NCBI GenBank assembly: GCA_007130155.1
Contig: SLTB01000004.1
Coordinates: 1 to 63,471 of the forward strand
Length of the DNA: 63,471 nucleotides
Direction: 5' to 3'
DNA from: Pseudomonadales bacterium
GTDB taxonomy: Bacteria > Pseudomonadota > Gammaproteobacteria > Pseudomonadales > Azotimanducaceae
The notes under the pieces were generated by a model that worked only from the letters and a program-made list of their open reading frames with translations, did not search any database and was not told the DNA's origin. Each line of letters starts with the position of its first letter. Position 1 is the stretch's first letter. A program made the position numbers and the translations under genes. Below are positions 48,909 to 59,398 of the stretch, piece after piece.

Positions 48909-49952
48909 TCAGGCGCTGGCCTGGACGTTGAGCCGGGCGCAATCGGCCATGAAGCGTATGGCGCGTTCGTCACCGGCGACGGTGAGCCCTGAGGCACCGG
49001 AGTCCTCCCAGGCGCGGAAGCGCGCTCGGATGCGCTGCTCCGGCCCGACCAAGGCGCCCTGATCGACGAATTCGTCGGGCACGGCGGCGATGGCCTCGTC
49101 CTTGCGCTTGGCCAGATACAGTTCCTGGATGCGTTCGGCGGCATCGCCGAAGCCCCGGCGGATCATCATCTCCTTGTGGAAGTTCGTGTTCTTGTGGCCC
49201 ATGCCGCCGACGTAGAGGGCGATGGTGGGCTTCTGCCGGTCGAGGGCGGCCTGCACGTCGTCGGTGACCTCCACCTGAGACATGGCCTGGATCTCGAAGT
49301 CATCACGCTTGCGACCGGAACGGGCGAGGCCCTCGGCGATCCAGTCTTCGTAGAGACCTGCGGTTTCCGGAACGTAGCCCAGCGGCAGCCAGCCATCGGC
49401 GATCTCGGCGGTGAGTTTCACCGTGGCTTCCATGCCGGTGCCCAGCCAGATCGGCAGTTTCGGATTCATGTGCAGAATGGACTTCAGCGGTTTGCCGACG
49501 CCCATCGCCCCGGGGCCGGTGTAGGGCAGGCTGATCTCGTCGCCTTCGTGGCTGACCGGTTCATCTCGGGCGAAGATCTTCTTCATGATCTGCACGTAGT
49601 CCCGCAGACGGTAGTAGGGCCGACCCCAGGGCTGGCCGTACCAGCCCTCGACGATCTGCGGGCCGGAGACACCCAGACCGCAAATGGCCCGCTGGCCGCC
49701 GGCCAGCGCATCCAGGGTCGCCATGGCCATGGCGCAGTTGGCCGGAGTGCGACCGGCGAGCTGCAGTACGGCAGTGCCGAGACGGATGCGCTCGGTGTGG
49801 GCGGCGATGTAGGCCAACGGTGTAATCGCGTCGGAGCCGTAGGCCTCGGCGGTCCACACGGAGTCGTAACCGAGGCGCTCGGCCAGCTTGACCCGCTCCA
49901 GGGGAATGTTCAGTTCGGCGCCGGAGTAGCCCAGCATCAAGCCCAGTTTCAT
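48909..49952 (-). CDS. luciferase-like monooxygenase (LLM) class oxidoreductase, F420-dependent-type sequence
   Basis: ORF trimmed to ATG 49952, after AGGAGA. MKLGLMLGYSGAEL...LGYDSVWTAEAYGSDA is typical of LLM TIM barrels. Confidence 0.85.
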   Translation of the reverse strand: MKLGLMLGYSGAELNIPLERVKLAERLGYDSVWTAEAYGSDAITPLAYIAAHTERIRLGTAVLQLAGRTPANCAMAMATLDALAGGQRAICGLGVSGPQIVEGWYGQPWGRPYYRLRDYVQIMKKIFARDEPVSHEGDEISLPYTGPGAMGVGKPLKSILHMNPKLPIWLGTGMEATVKLTAEIADGWLPLGYVPETAGLYEDWIAEGLARSGRKRDDFEIQAMSQVEVTDDVQAALDRQKPTIALYVGGMGHKNTNFHKEMMIRRGFGDAAERIQELYLAKRKDEAIAAVPDEFVDQGALVGPEQRIRARFRAWEDSGASGLTVAGDERAIRFMADCARLNVQASA

Positions 49953-50012
49953 GTCGTCTCCTGCTCGTGATCTCGTAGGTTTTACCGTCACATAGTCCTG
50001 CGCGCTGCGGGC

Positions 50013-50780
50013 TCAGCTGTGCGGCTTCAGGCTGGCGAAATCCGGTTTGCGTTTCTCCATGAAGGCTTTGATGGCCTCGCGATTCTCCGCGTTGCCGACG
50101 GTCCGCTTCAGGGCCAGGTTCTCGGCCGCCACGGCTGCGCGAAGGGCTTCCCGCCGGGGTGCCCAAAGCAGTTCCTTGGTTTCGCGCAGGGCCTGCGGGG
50201 CCTGGGCCGCCAGCGTCGTGGCACGCTTGAGGACATGGTCGAGGAATCCCTCGTCTTCGAGGACCTCCAGGGCCATGCCCTGCTCGACGCAGTCCCGGGC
50301 GCTCAGGGTGTCGGCGGCGTAGAGGAACCAGGCCGCCCGCTGGGGACCCATCATCTGCGGGAAGGTGAGGGAGCTGCCGGCCTCTGGAACGATGCCCAGT
50401 GCCGTGAAGGGGCAGCGCATACGCGCACTCTTGGCCACGTAGACGATATCCACGAGGCCGCATATCGTCCCACCCACCCCGATGGCGAGGCCGTTGACCG
50501 CGGCGATCACGGGTTTTTGGTAGTCGATCAGGAGGTCCACGGCCCCGGCGAAACCATGCTTGGGCGGAGCGGTCTTCTGACCCATCTCAGTCAAGTCGGC
50601 ACCGGCGGTGAAAGCCCGGCCCTTGCCGGTGATGACTACCACGGCTACGTCGTCATCGGTCTGGGCGTCGAGCAGGCCCTCGACTAAGGCGTCGAAAAGG
50701 GCGCCGTTGAAGGCATTGAGTGCCTTCTCGCGGGCCAGGGTCAGGACGCGAACGGCGCCCTCGTCACGGATTTCCAGCAT
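50013..50780 (-). CDS. enoyl-CoA hydratase/isomerase (crotonase) family protein
   Basis: 255 aa. FTAGADL and AAVNGLAIGVGGT oxyanion-hole motifs. Confidence 0.9.
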   Translation of the reverse strand: MLEIRDEGAVRVLTLAREKALNAFNGALFDALVEGLLDAQTDDDVAVVVITGKGRAFTAGADLTEMGQKTAPPKHGFAGAVDLLIDYQKPVIAAVNGLAIGVGGTICGLVDIVYVAKSARMRCPFTALGIVPEAGSSLTFPQMMGPQRAAWFLYAADTLSARDCVEQGMALEVLEDEGFLDHVLKRATTLAAQAPQALRETKELLWAPRREALRAAVAAENLALKRTVGNAENREAIKAFMEKRKPDFASLKPHS

Positions 50781-51048
50781 CGTTCCTCCTCCTTATTCAC
50801 GATCCAATATGGGCTGCCGACCAACGGCGTCGTTCTGACGCCGGTCGTCGCAGCAGTTTACTGGGAGTCGAACGCTACCATGAGGGGCCTTCGGGCAGTG
50901 GGCGTCGGACTGCGAATGTTGTGGAATACTCCCGTTGGCGGCGACGTTCGCGGAAGTCGGATCCTGGGCAGGTCGTCGCCATGGCAATGATCAGGGTCGT
51001 CGGAGATTTGTCGGGCTGGCTGTGAACTGACGCCGGTCGAGGTGTGAG

Positions 51049-51534
51049 ATGTCGCTACTCTGGTTGGCCTACATTGCGTCAGGGCTGCTGATTGCCATCG
51101 GTCTTGCCGGCGTCGTATTGCCGATCATTCCCGGGATTCCGCTGATGTTCGCCGGCATGTGGCTGCTTGCCTGGGCGCAGGATTTCGTCCAGGTGGGTCC
51201 AGCGACGCTGTGGATTCTGGCGATCCTTACGCTGCTTTCCGTGGCGGTGGATCTGCTGGCCAGCGTGCTCGGAGCCAGGCGTGTCGGTGCCAGTCGCGGC
51301 GGGCTGATGGGGGCGGCCATCGGCACCGTCTTCGGTCTTTTCTTTGGCCTTCCTGGCATCCTGCTCGGACCGCTGATCGGCGCCGTGGTCGGCGAGCTGC
51401 TCCATCGTCCCGGACTGCATAGCGCCACAAGGGTGGGCCTCGCCACCTGGGCCGGCATCATCGTCGGCGCCGTGTTCAAGGTGGCCATCGCCTTCGTCAT
51501 GCTCGGTCTGTTCGTCTTCGCGCTGCTGTTCTGA
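51049..51534 (+). CDS. DUF456-like small membrane protein
   Basis: 161 aa, four TM helices, Gly-rich repeats (GLAGVVLPIIPG..., GLPGILLGPLIGAVVGEL). Confidence 0.7.
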   Translation: MSLLWLAYIASGLLIAIGLAGVVLPIIPGIPLMFAGMWLLAWAQDFVQVGPATLWILAILTLLSVAVDLLASVLGARRVGASRGGLMGAAIGTVFGLFFGLPGILLGPLIGAVVGELLHRPGLHSATRVGLATWAGIIVGAVFKVAIAFVMLGLFVFALLF

Positions 51535-51540
51535 TGGCCT

Positions 51541-53634
51541 TCAATGCGGGTCCATCAGCCGCTGGATGAGAAACTGGAACAGCATGGCGTCGCGATGGGC
51601 CGTCTCCTCCAGGTTCGCCGCCCCGGCGTGGCCACCCTCGATGTTCTCGTAGTAAAGGTAGGGATGGCCGGCCTCGCTCAGCAGGTGGGCAAACTTGCGG
51701 GCGTGGCCGGGATGCACCCGATCATCCTTGGTGGAGGTGTAGAGGAAGATTTCGGGATAGACACCATCGTGCCTGACGTTGTGGTAGGGCGAGATGCGTC
51801 GCAGGAAGGCTCCCTCCACCGCATCTTCGGGATCGCCGTATTCACCCATCCAGCTCGAGCCGGCCAGAAGGTGGTGATAGCGCAACATGTCCAGCAGGGG
51901 CACACCGCTGATCACCGCGCCCCACAAATCGGGCCGCTGAGTGTACATCACGCCACTGAGCAGCCCGCCGTTGGAACGCCCGTCCACGGCGAGCCGGGCA
52001 GGGCGGGTGACCTGGCTGACGATGAGGTCCTCGGCCACCGCAATGAGATCGTCGTAGATGCGCTGCCGTTCGGTCTTCAGCCCGGCCTGATGCCAGGCGG
52101 GCCCGAACTCACCGCCGCCGCGAATGTTGGCCAGGGCAAAGGCACCACCCTGCTCCAGCCACAGGCAGCCGCGGATGCCTGAGTAGCCGGGCGTCATGCT
52201 GATCTGGAAGCCGCCGTAGGCGTAGAGCAGCACCGGCGTGTCGCCGTTGAAAGCCATGTCCTTGCGGCGGACCAGGAAGTACGGCACCCGGGTGCCGTCG
52301 TTGGATTCAACCTCCTTCTGCTCGACGATCAGGCCGTCACTGTCGAACCAGGCGGGGGCGGAGCGGATCGGGTTGGCGCTGGCCGTGCTGGGATCGACGG
52401 CGTAGAGCGTCGCTGGCTCGAGGAAGCCCTCTGCGGCCAGGAAGGCCACGCTTTCCCTGACGTTGCTGTCCACCAGGTTCAGGCTCAGGTTATCCGCCAG
52501 TGGTACTTCCCGTGATTGCCAGCCCTGTGCGAAGCCCAGCACCTTGAGCGTACCGACCACGTTGTCGTCCACGATCAGCAGCACCCCGGTAGCGGTGACG
52601 CCGGCACTGCGCAGGGCTTGGCGTTGGCCGGGAGCGAAAACGGTATGTACACATGGCAATTCATGGGTGTCCAGGAATGCCTTCAGGTCGAAGGACAACA
52701 GTGTGCCGGGCGCATGGTCGATACCGTCGCCGGGGGACCAGGGCTCGTTGATGGTGAAGATGAGCTGGCCGTGGTAGAGGCCTTGGATACTCACCTGTCT
52801 TGGCAGCGGCAGGGCAACCGGCGCGCCTGCGTCCGGGATCAGCCACTCGGTGGATTCGTAGAAGGTATGGCCTTGGCTGACGAGGACATGGGATTCGCTG
52901 TCGGTACCGTCGAGGCGATAGGCCCACAAACCCACGTCCTGTGGCTCGCCGCGCAACACCTCCTGCGCGTCACCGATGGGAGCGCCCCGCTGCCAGCGTC
53001 GGGCGACGAAGGGGTATCCTGAGGTTGTGGTCTCGGCGGGGTCTGCTGCCAGCAGGATGAGCAGCTGATCTTCGTTAATCCAGGTCGTATTGCCCTTGGC
53101 CTCGGGGGTCACAAAGCCACCCTCTACGAAGCTTTTGTCTGCCAGATCGAACTCGCGCCTGACGGCGGCGTCAGTGCCGCCGTCGGACAGTGCCAGCAGG
53201 CATCGCGATGAGCCATTGGGCGCGCAGTTCGCGCCCTGCCAGACCCAGTTTCGACCCTCGGCTGCCGCCAGGACATCGAGGTCCAGCAGGGGTTCCCACT
53301 CCGGGGCCGCCGCCGTGAGGTAGCTGGACAGCGATGTGCGCCGCCACAGTCCGTGGCGGCGATGGGCGTCTTCCCAGAAGTTGTACACCCGACCTTCCCG
53401 CAGGCGGCCGTAGGGGATCCGTTCCGGGCTCTGATAGACCCGAAGTGCTGCTTGGAAGCGCTCTGCGTAGCGCGGATCGTCGCGCAGGCGCGCGTAGCTG
53501 CGCTGATTCTCACTCCGGGCCCAAGCCAGGGCGCGTTCGCCCTCCACTTCTTCGAGCCAAAGGCGGGGATCGGCCTCCGGGTCGGGGCCGATGCGCCCGT
53601 GGGCGCCAGAGCTGTTGGATGCGTTGGGCTCCAT
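51541..53634 (-). CDS. prolyl oligopeptidase family serine peptidase (S9A)
   Basis: 697 aa. N-terminal beta-propeller region and a C-terminal alpha/beta domain with nucleophile GRSNGGLL. DDRV and a final H in EGGHAG complete the triad. Confidence 0.9.
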   Translation of the reverse strand: MEPNASNSSGAHGRIGPDPEADPRLWLEEVEGERALAWARSENQRSYARLRDDPRYAERFQAALRVYQSPERIPYGRLREGRVYNFWEDAHRRHGLWRRTSLSSYLTAAAPEWEPLLDLDVLAAAEGRNWVWQGANCAPNGSSRCLLALSDGGTDAAVRREFDLADKSFVEGGFVTPEAKGNTTWINEDQLLILLAADPAETTTSGYPFVARRWQRGAPIGDAQEVLRGEPQDVGLWAYRLDGTDSESHVLVSQGHTFYESTEWLIPDAGAPVALPLPRQVSIQGLYHGQLIFTINEPWSPGDGIDHAPGTLLSFDLKAFLDTHELPCVHTVFAPGQRQALRSAGVTATGVLLIVDDNVVGTLKVLGFAQGWQSREVPLADNLSLNLVDSNVRESVAFLAAEGFLEPATLYAVDPSTASANPIRSAPAWFDSDGLIVEQKEVESNDGTRVPYFLVRRKDMAFNGDTPVLLYAYGGFQISMTPGYSGIRGCLWLEQGGAFALANIRGGGEFGPAWHQAGLKTERQRIYDDLIAVAEDLIVSQVTRPARLAVDGRSNGGLLSGVMYTQRPDLWGAVISGVPLLDMLRYHHLLAGSSWMGEYGDPEDAVEGAFLRRISPYHNVRHDGVYPEIFLYTSTKDDRVHPGHARKFAHLLSEAGHPYLYYENIEGGHAGAANLEETAHRDAMLFQFLIQRLMDPH

Positions 53635-53907
53635 ACGGTTTCCTTACGGGCTTCTTCCTTATGGAACGGGAACTTCAGGGCGGGTGCTGACCGTCAGCAG
53701 CGGCGTCAGAATCCAGGCCGACTTGGCCTTCGTGAACGTGCTCAAGCACTCAGATGGCGTCAAGTGGAAGCCATTCTCGGCCGTGAGCGATGTCTCACAA
53801 CCTGTCGGGCGTTGGGCGTAAAGTTAAGTCCATACTCAGGGTATAGCCTTGCCGCCATGTCCGCACAGGGGGGCAGGACGGACTCGACCATTGCGAGGAT
53901 CGTAGCC

Positions 53908-55302
53908 ATGACTGCACGTCCCCTTGTCATCCTCCACGGCTGGAGCGATGACGGCAATTCCTTCGATGCCCTGGCCAGGCATCTCGGGCCCCGACTGGCC
54001 GGCTTCAATATTGAGCTGGTGTCCATTGGTGATTACCTGTCGATGCACGACGATGTGCGCTTCGACGACCTGCAGGCCGCGATGGAACGTGCCTGGTCCG
54101 AGCGCGGCCTGCCGCGGAAGCCCCATAGTGTGGATGCCATCGTCCATTCTACCGGTGGCCTGGTGATCCGCGACTGGCTCGAGCGCAACTTCGCGGCGGA
54201 CCAGTCACCGATCAAGCACCTGGTGATGCTGGCGCCAGCCAATTTCGGTTCGCCGCTGGCGCACAAGGGGCGCTCGTTTCTCGGCCGGACGGCCAAAGGC
54301 TTTTTCAGTCGTCAGCCCAACCAGCCCCTTTTCAATACCGGGACTCATATCCTAGAGGGTCTGGAGTTGGCGAGTCCTTACTCCTGGGATCTGGCCATGC
54401 GCGACCGCTTCGGTAGCGGCAAGGGTCGCTACGCACCGGGGCGCGTGCTGTGCACGGTGCTGATGGGCAACACGGGCTACGGCGGCATTCGGGCCATTGC
54501 CAATGAGGCGGGCGGCGACGGTACGGTGCGCACCTCCACCGCCAATCTGGAGTGCGCCCATCTGACCATCCGCTTCGACTCCAAAGCCGACCCCGAGAAT
54601 CCCTCGCGCTGGCGCAGCGTGCCGCGGCCGATCAAGCTTTTGCCATCTCAGGGACGGACGGCCTTTCGCCTGTTGGACAAGATCGATCACTCGAGCATCA
54701 CCCTCAATGGCAAGGTCAAAGCGAACAAACCGGAGATGGCAGTCCTCGAGCTCATTGAGCAGGCCTTGACCGTCGATGACGCCGACTTCGATGGTTTCTG
54801 TGACCGTTGTGATGCCGAGACGGCCGCGCTCACGCGCCAACCCGGCAGCCGCAAGGGCTCTGCTGCCATGCAGAACATGGTGGTGCGGGTCAGGGATGAT
54901 TTCGGCGTCGGCGTCGAGGATTACCTGCTCGAGTTCTATGACATCCGCAAGCATGATGGGGGCGGGCTGGCCAAGGCCATCCACGATGGTGCGATCAACA
55001 AGGTCCATCTGTACCGGGGTGATTCCTCCTACCGGTCTATCTACATCGACACGGCGGCGCTGCTCGCAGCTCTTGGCAGGGGCGATACCCGGTTCGGCCT
55101 CTCTATTACCGCGACGCCGGTGCTTGATAGTCGCCAGCCTGTGGGATTCCAGACCTTCGGCGATGAGGACATTCTCGATCTCAGCCTCGATGCTGAGCAG
55201 GCAGAGGCACTGTTCAAGCCGCACCGAACGCTGCTTGTCGACCTCGAGTTGCCGCGGCTGCAGAGCCCCGAAGTGTTTGCCTTCCGGGGCGCAAAGCCTT
55301 GA
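53908..55302 (+). CDS. alpha/beta hydrolase (lipase/esterase-like) with a ~200-aa C-terminal domain of unknown function
   Basis: The long ORF 53353..55302 overlaps the peptidase gene, so it is trimmed to ATG 53908 after GAGGA (alternative start 53857). PLVILHGWSDDGNSF, nucleophile elbow VHSTGG, GDGTV and IDHSS resemble class-2 lipase/PGAP1-type triads. Confidence 0.7.
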   Translation: MTARPLVILHGWSDDGNSFDALARHLGPRLAGFNIELVSIGDYLSMHDDVRFDDLQAAMERAWSERGLPRKPHSVDAIVHSTGGLVIRDWLERNFAADQSPIKHLVMLAPANFGSPLAHKGRSFLGRTAKGFFSRQPNQPLFNTGTHILEGLELASPYSWDLAMRDRFGSGKGRYAPGRVLCTVLMGNTGYGGIRAIANEAGGDGTVRTSTANLECAHLTIRFDSKADPENPSRWRSVPRPIKLLPSQGRTAFRLLDKIDHSSITLNGKVKANKPEMAVLELIEQALTVDDADFDGFCDRCDAETAALTRQPGSRKGSAAMQNMVVRVRDDFGVGVEDYLLEFYDIRKHDGGGLAKAIHDGAINKVHLYRGDSSYRSIYIDTAALLAALGRGDTRFGLSITATPVLDSRQPVGFQTFGDEDILDLSLDAEQAEALFKPHRTLLVDLELPRLQSPEVFAFRGAKP

Positions 55303-55358
55303 CAGGCTGCTGAAATACCAATTTCTGCAGCCTGATAGGCGGGCCATGGATGGCCCGC
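55303..55358. terminator. two consecutive hairpins at convergent gene ends
   Basis: CAGGCTGC (55303-10) pairs with GCAGCCTG (55327-34). GCGGGCC (55339-45) pairs with GGCCCGC (55352-58) around loop ATGGAT. There is no clear T-run. Confidence 0.35.
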
Positions 55359-55360
55359 GC

Positions 55361-55455
55361 GCAGATCAATCGTGTAAATGATTGATCTGTCGTGCCCGAG
55401 CTGCGGACATTTGCCGTGGATCGGCCTGAAAAAGTCCATGGACGGACTTTTTCAG
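55361..55455. repeat. double-hairpin repeat (copy of 63287..63355) fused to the CTGAAAAAGTCC/GGACTTTTTCAG hairpin repeat
   Basis: gcagatcaatcgtgtaaatgattgatctgtcgtgcccgagctgcggacatttgccgtggatcggcct is about 88 percent identical to the 63-kb copy. It is followed by a perfect 12-bp stem, ctgaaaaagtcc-atggac-ggactttttcag. Confidence 0.8.
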
Positions 55456-55552
55456 CAACCTTTTAAGGGGGTCGTGGAAGCGTTGAGGGCCCAAAGTCTG
55501 CCCACCAGCAATGTGGCCCTGTTGCGAAAGGAAGCGTCGAGTTCCGTCGGCC

Positions 55553-55726
55553 TTGTTCATCACCCGCACTGCGGGCTGTGGCCGCCCTTTCATGGCCCTA
55601 CCCCTTCTGGCGCTGAGGGACGACGCATTGCGCTCCTGGCGTAATGCGTCCACAGCCCTCGATGCAGCGAACTGCCAGGTGTTCGCGCTGCCCTCGTGGG
55701 AGCCCGCATTGCGGGCGATCAGCACC
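55553..55726. repeat. inverted pair of REP-like elements (same family as 29691..29791)
   Basis: 55553..55583 ttgttcatcacccgcactgcgggctgtggcc is the reverse-orientation copy. 55693..55726 ctcgtgggagcccgcattgcgggcgatcagcacc is the forward copy. Confidence 0.75.
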
Positions 55727-55827
55727 TTCCAGCGCCTCCTTTGCCCAGAACCTCCTTTGCCCAGGGTCTCATTAGCTCTTGCTCCAGAATAGGTGAGTGC
55801 CTGGAGCGCATCCTGCGCGCCGTGAGC

Positions 55828-57939
55828 TCAGGGCCTTCGCAGGCTCACCACCTTCTCGCCGCCGAGTTCCGCCGTCAGTGCCGACAGTTCCGTAATGGGC
55901 AGGGAGCAGGTCATGTTGCTGCACAGCCAGGCTGTGGTGGGCGCGGGCAGATCCGCCGGCAGGTAAGTTGGAAGCAGCGGATCGCTGCCGTCTTCGGCGG
56001 TATCGATGGCCTCGGGCAGGGCGAAGACCAGTCGGAACGGGCGGTACTCGTCATCGGCCTTCCTGGCCCAGGCCCTGGCATCCCGGCCGCGAATCAGGAG
56101 TAGCTGGGGCGGTGTGATGGCTTCCTCCAGGGCATGGCAGAGCGCGGCGTGGGCTTGGGGTGCGCGCCCCATGACCGGCCCCGCCCAGCGCAGCACGCCG
56201 TCGGCCGCATCGAGATAGTCCTGCCTGCCGAGTAGGTGCCCAAGTCGGCCGAGGGCGCTGGCCGCCACCGCGTTGCCGGCGGGGACCGATTCGTCGAGGG
56301 TGGGTTTGGGGCGATAGATCAGCGCTTCCGCGTCATGGGCGGTCTGGAAGAAGCCGCCCTCGCCACGATCGAGGAAGTGTTCCAGCAGGGCGTCGGCCAG
56401 GGCCACGGCGAAGCGTACGTCCGCGTCCCGCCAGCGCACGGCGAGCAGGGTCAGTAGTCCATCGAGCAGATAGGCGTGGTCCTCGAGATAGGCCCGTTCA
56501 CCGAGTCGTCCGTCCATCCAGGTGGCGTGCAGGCGACCGTCGATCACCATGTCCTGACGAATGAAGTCTACCGCCCGGGTGGCGGCTTCGGCCCAGGATG
56601 GGTCATCCAGCACGGTACTTGCTCGCGCCAGACCGCGAATGGCCAGGCCGTTCCAGGCCACCAGGATCTTGTCGTCGCGGCCCGGCCGGGGCCGCTGTTC
56701 GCGGGCCGTAAACAGTTTCTGCTGCGCGCTGGCAAGCAGACGGTTCGCTTCCTCTGCTGACAGACTCAGGCGTTCCACCACGGCCCGCCAGGCGTCGCGG
56801 CGATGGAGAATCCAGCTGCCCTCGAAGTTCGCAGGTTTCTCGATGCCGTAGAGGGTTTCGATCACGGCGTACTCGTCGTCGTCGAGGAGGCGGCGGATCT
56901 GCTCCCGGTGCCAGACGTAGAAGCGGCCCTCCTCACCTTCCGAATCGGCGTCCAGGGCAGCGTAGAAGCCGCCTTCAGGGTGCTGCATTTCCCGCAGCAG
57001 CCAGCCTGCGGTGTCACGGACCACGGCCTCGAACAGGTTATCCGGGGCAATGGCCATGGCATCGGCGTATAAGGCCAGCAGGGCGCCATTGTCGTAGAGC
57101 ATCTTTTCGAAGTGCGGCACCAGCCACTCAGCGTCCACCGAGTAGCGGCAGAAACCGCCGCCGAGATGGTCGAAAATGCCGCCGCGGGCCATGCGGGTGA
57201 GGCTTTGTAACACCATGTCCAGCGCTTCCCGGTCGGGCCCGCCGCGGGTCTCGCGGCTGCGCGCCCAGTGTCTGAGCAGTCGTTCGAGGCTGCTGGGCAT
57301 GGGAAACTTCGGCGCCGTCCCGAAACCCCCATGGCTGGAATCGAAGGCATTGGCGAGCTGGTCGCGGGCGGCATCGAGCACCGCGGCCTCCGGCAGGGCG
57401 GCGTCCGGGTTTCCCGGCGCGTTGAGGCTGTCGAAGATGTCCTGTACTTTCTCGCCCTGCTCCGCGAGCTCTTCCCGCCGTTCGGCCCAGACCGCAGCCA
57501 CCCGTTTCAGCAGTTCGGTGAACGCTGGCATCCCGTAGCGTGGGGTGCGGGGGAAATAGGTGCCACTGAAGAAAGGCAGAAGGCTGTGAGGATCGAGGAA
57601 CACGGTCAACGGCCAGCCGCCGGTCTGCTGGGTGAGGATCTGGTGCGCAGTCTGGTAGACGCGATCAAGGTCCGGTCGCTCTTCCCGGTCCACCTTGATG
57701 TTCACGAACAGCTGATTCATGAGCTGTGCAGTGGTGGCGTCCTCGAATGACTCGTGGGCCATCACATGGCACCAATGACATGCCGAATAGCCGATGGACA
57801 GCAGAATGGGGACGTCCCGTTCCCGCGCAGAGGCCAGGGCATCCTTGTCCCAGGGCTGCCAGTGCACTGGATTGTCGGCGTGTTGGCGGAGGTAGGGGCT
57901 ACTGCTCGTGTCGAGGCGGTTCGCATCCGGCATGGGCAA
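55828..57939 (-). CDS. thioredoxin domain-containing protein (YyaL/DUF255, SSP411-like, six-hairpin glycosidase-like C-domain)
   Basis: 703 aa. N-terminal [17 protein letters not shown] and [18 protein letters not shown] motifs. Confidence 0.9.
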   Translation of the reverse strand: MPMPDANRLDTSSSPYLRQHADNPVHWQPWDKDALASARERDVPILLSIGYSACHWCHVMAHESFEDATTAQLMNQLFVNIKVDREERPDLDRVYQTAHQILTQQTGGWPLTVFLDPHSLLPFFSGTYFPRTPRYGMPAFTELLKRVAAVWAERREELAEQGEKVQDIFDSLNAPGNPDAALPEAAVLDAARDQLANAFDSSHGGFGTAPKFPMPSSLERLLRHWARSRETRGGPDREALDMVLQSLTRMARGGIFDHLGGGFCRYSVDAEWLVPHFEKMLYDNGALLALYADAMAIAPDNLFEAVVRDTAGWLLREMQHPEGGFYAALDADSEGEEGRFYVWHREQIRRLLDDDEYAVIETLYGIEKPANFEGSWILHRRDAWRAVVERLSLSAEEANRLLASAQQKLFTAREQRPRPGRDDKILVAWNGLAIRGLARASTVLDDPSWAEAATRAVDFIRQDMVIDGRLHATWMDGRLGERAYLEDHAYLLDGLLTLLAVRWRDADVRFAVALADALLEHFLDRGEGGFFQTAHDAEALIYRPKPTLDESVPAGNAVAASALGRLGHLLGRQDYLDAADGVLRWAGPVMGRAPQAHAALCHALEEAITPPQLLLIRGRDARAWARKADDEYRPFRLVFALPEAIDTAEDGSDPLLPTYLPADLPAPTTAWLCSNMTCSLPITELSALTAELGGEKVVSLRRP

Positions 57940-57987
57940 CGAAACTCCGGTCGCCAGAAGGGGACTGGATCATAACGCAAGGGAGCT

Positions 57988-59220
57988 TTGACCCGCATGC
58001 AGCCAGGTGACTTGCCCAGACTCAAACTCAAGCCGCGGGAAGACAAGCGGATGCGCCAGGGCCACATGTGGATTTACTCCAACGAGGTGGATACCGCTGC
58101 GACCCCGCTCAAGGGCCTTACGGCCGGCACCGAGGTGCTGGTGCTGGCAGCCTCAGGGAAACCTTTGGGGCGGGCCCTGGCGAGCCCGCACTCCCTGATC
58201 TGCGCCCGCCTTTTTTCGCGGGATCCGGATCAGGGCTTCGACCGGCCGCTGCTGGTGGAGCGGTTCCGGGCGGCGCTGGCGCTGCGCGAGCGCCTGTATC
58301 CGGGCAGTGGTTGTTATCGCCTGTTCTATGGCGAGGCGGATGGCCTGTCCGGGGTCATCATCGACCGCTATCGGGATGTATTGGTGTGTCAGCTCAACAC
58401 TGCCGGGATGGAGCAGCGTCGGGATCTGTTGGTGGATGCCCTGCGCGAGGTGGTCGGCCCCCGCACCTTGATCTTCAAGCACGACGCGGACGTTCGGGAA
58501 GCCGAAGGACTGGGCAAGTACATCGACGTAGTTGGCGAGACGCCGCCGGAGCTGGTTTCGTTGGCCGAAAATGGCGTTGAGTTCCTGGCCCCAGTCAGTG
58601 CCGGCCAGAAGACAGGATGGTTCTACGACCATCGTGAGAACCGAGCGCGGACGGCTGCGTTGGCGCCGGGAGCCCGGGTGCTGGATGCCTTCAGCTATAT
58701 TGGTGGTTGGGGTCTGCAGGCCCTGGCCTGGGGAGCAGACAGCCTGCTGGCGGTGGACAGTTCCGCGCCAGCTCTGGAAATCCTCGAACAGAATGCAGTG
58801 GCTCAGGGCGTGGCGGATCGGGTACAGGTCCAAAGGGGTGATGCCTTCACCGTTCTGGAAGCACTCGCGGATGCGGGTGAGCGCTTCGGTCTGGTGGTCA
58901 TCGATCCGCCGGCGCTGGTCAAACGCCGCAAGGATCTCGGTGCCGGTCAGCATGGTTATCAGCGTCTGGCCAGGCTTGGAATGCGGCTGACTGATCAGGA
59001 TGGTCTGCTCCTCTTCGCGTCCTGCTCGTTGCATTTCACGCAGGAGATGTTGCGGGATACGATTCGTGCCGCGGCTCGCCATGTGGATCGCCATGCCCAG
59101 CTCCTCGGGCAGTGGGGGCTCGGGCCGGATCATCCGGTGCATCCGGCGATCGCCGAAATGGACTACCTCGGCGCCGCACTGGTGCGGGTCCGGGCGCCTG
59201 GTCGCGGTGGCGTGCTGTGA
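57988..59220 (+). CDS. rlmI: 23S rRNA (cytosine-C5)-methyltransferase RlmI-like (PUA + SAM MTase)
   Basis: 410 aa. Collinear by eye with E. coli RlmI (YRLFYGEADGLSGVIIDRY, QKTGWFYDHRENR, VIDPPA, FSCS). Confidence 0.85.
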   Translation: MTRMQPGDLPRLKLKPREDKRMRQGHMWIYSNEVDTAATPLKGLTAGTEVLVLAASGKPLGRALASPHSLICARLFSRDPDQGFDRPLLVERFRAALALRERLYPGSGCYRLFYGEADGLSGVIIDRYRDVLVCQLNTAGMEQRRDLLVDALREVVGPRTLIFKHDADVREAEGLGKYIDVVGETPPELVSLAENGVEFLAPVSAGQKTGWFYDHRENRARTAALAPGARVLDAFSYIGGWGLQALAWGADSLLAVDSSAPALEILEQNAVAQGVADRVQVQRGDAFTVLEALADAGERFGLVVIDPPALVKRRKDLGAGQHGYQRLARLGMRLTDQDGLLLFASCSLHFTQEMLRDTIRAAARHVDRHAQLLGQWGLGPDHPVHPAIAEMDYLGAALVRVRAPGRGGVL

Positions 59221-59398
59221 TTGCGCCGGCGCTTGCGGGACATGGAGACCTTCGGCCAGTCGGCGTCGGTGCCCGCCGCGTGCATCTTCCGGCCGGATCT
59301 TGGGACCGGATTCGCACTCCGTTCGAGAAGTCGTTTGCCGTCTTGGCCACTCTGGTAGAAGATTGAGCGCAAGATGACATTCACGTAACGGTGCGGCC

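Noticed and set aside
53353-53907. 5' extension of the alpha/beta hydrolase ORF (649-aa version)
   Set aside because: It overlaps the 5' end of the prolyl oligopeptidase gene on the other strand, and the extension is Arg/Ala/Gly-rich. The hydrolase fold begins just after ATG 53908.
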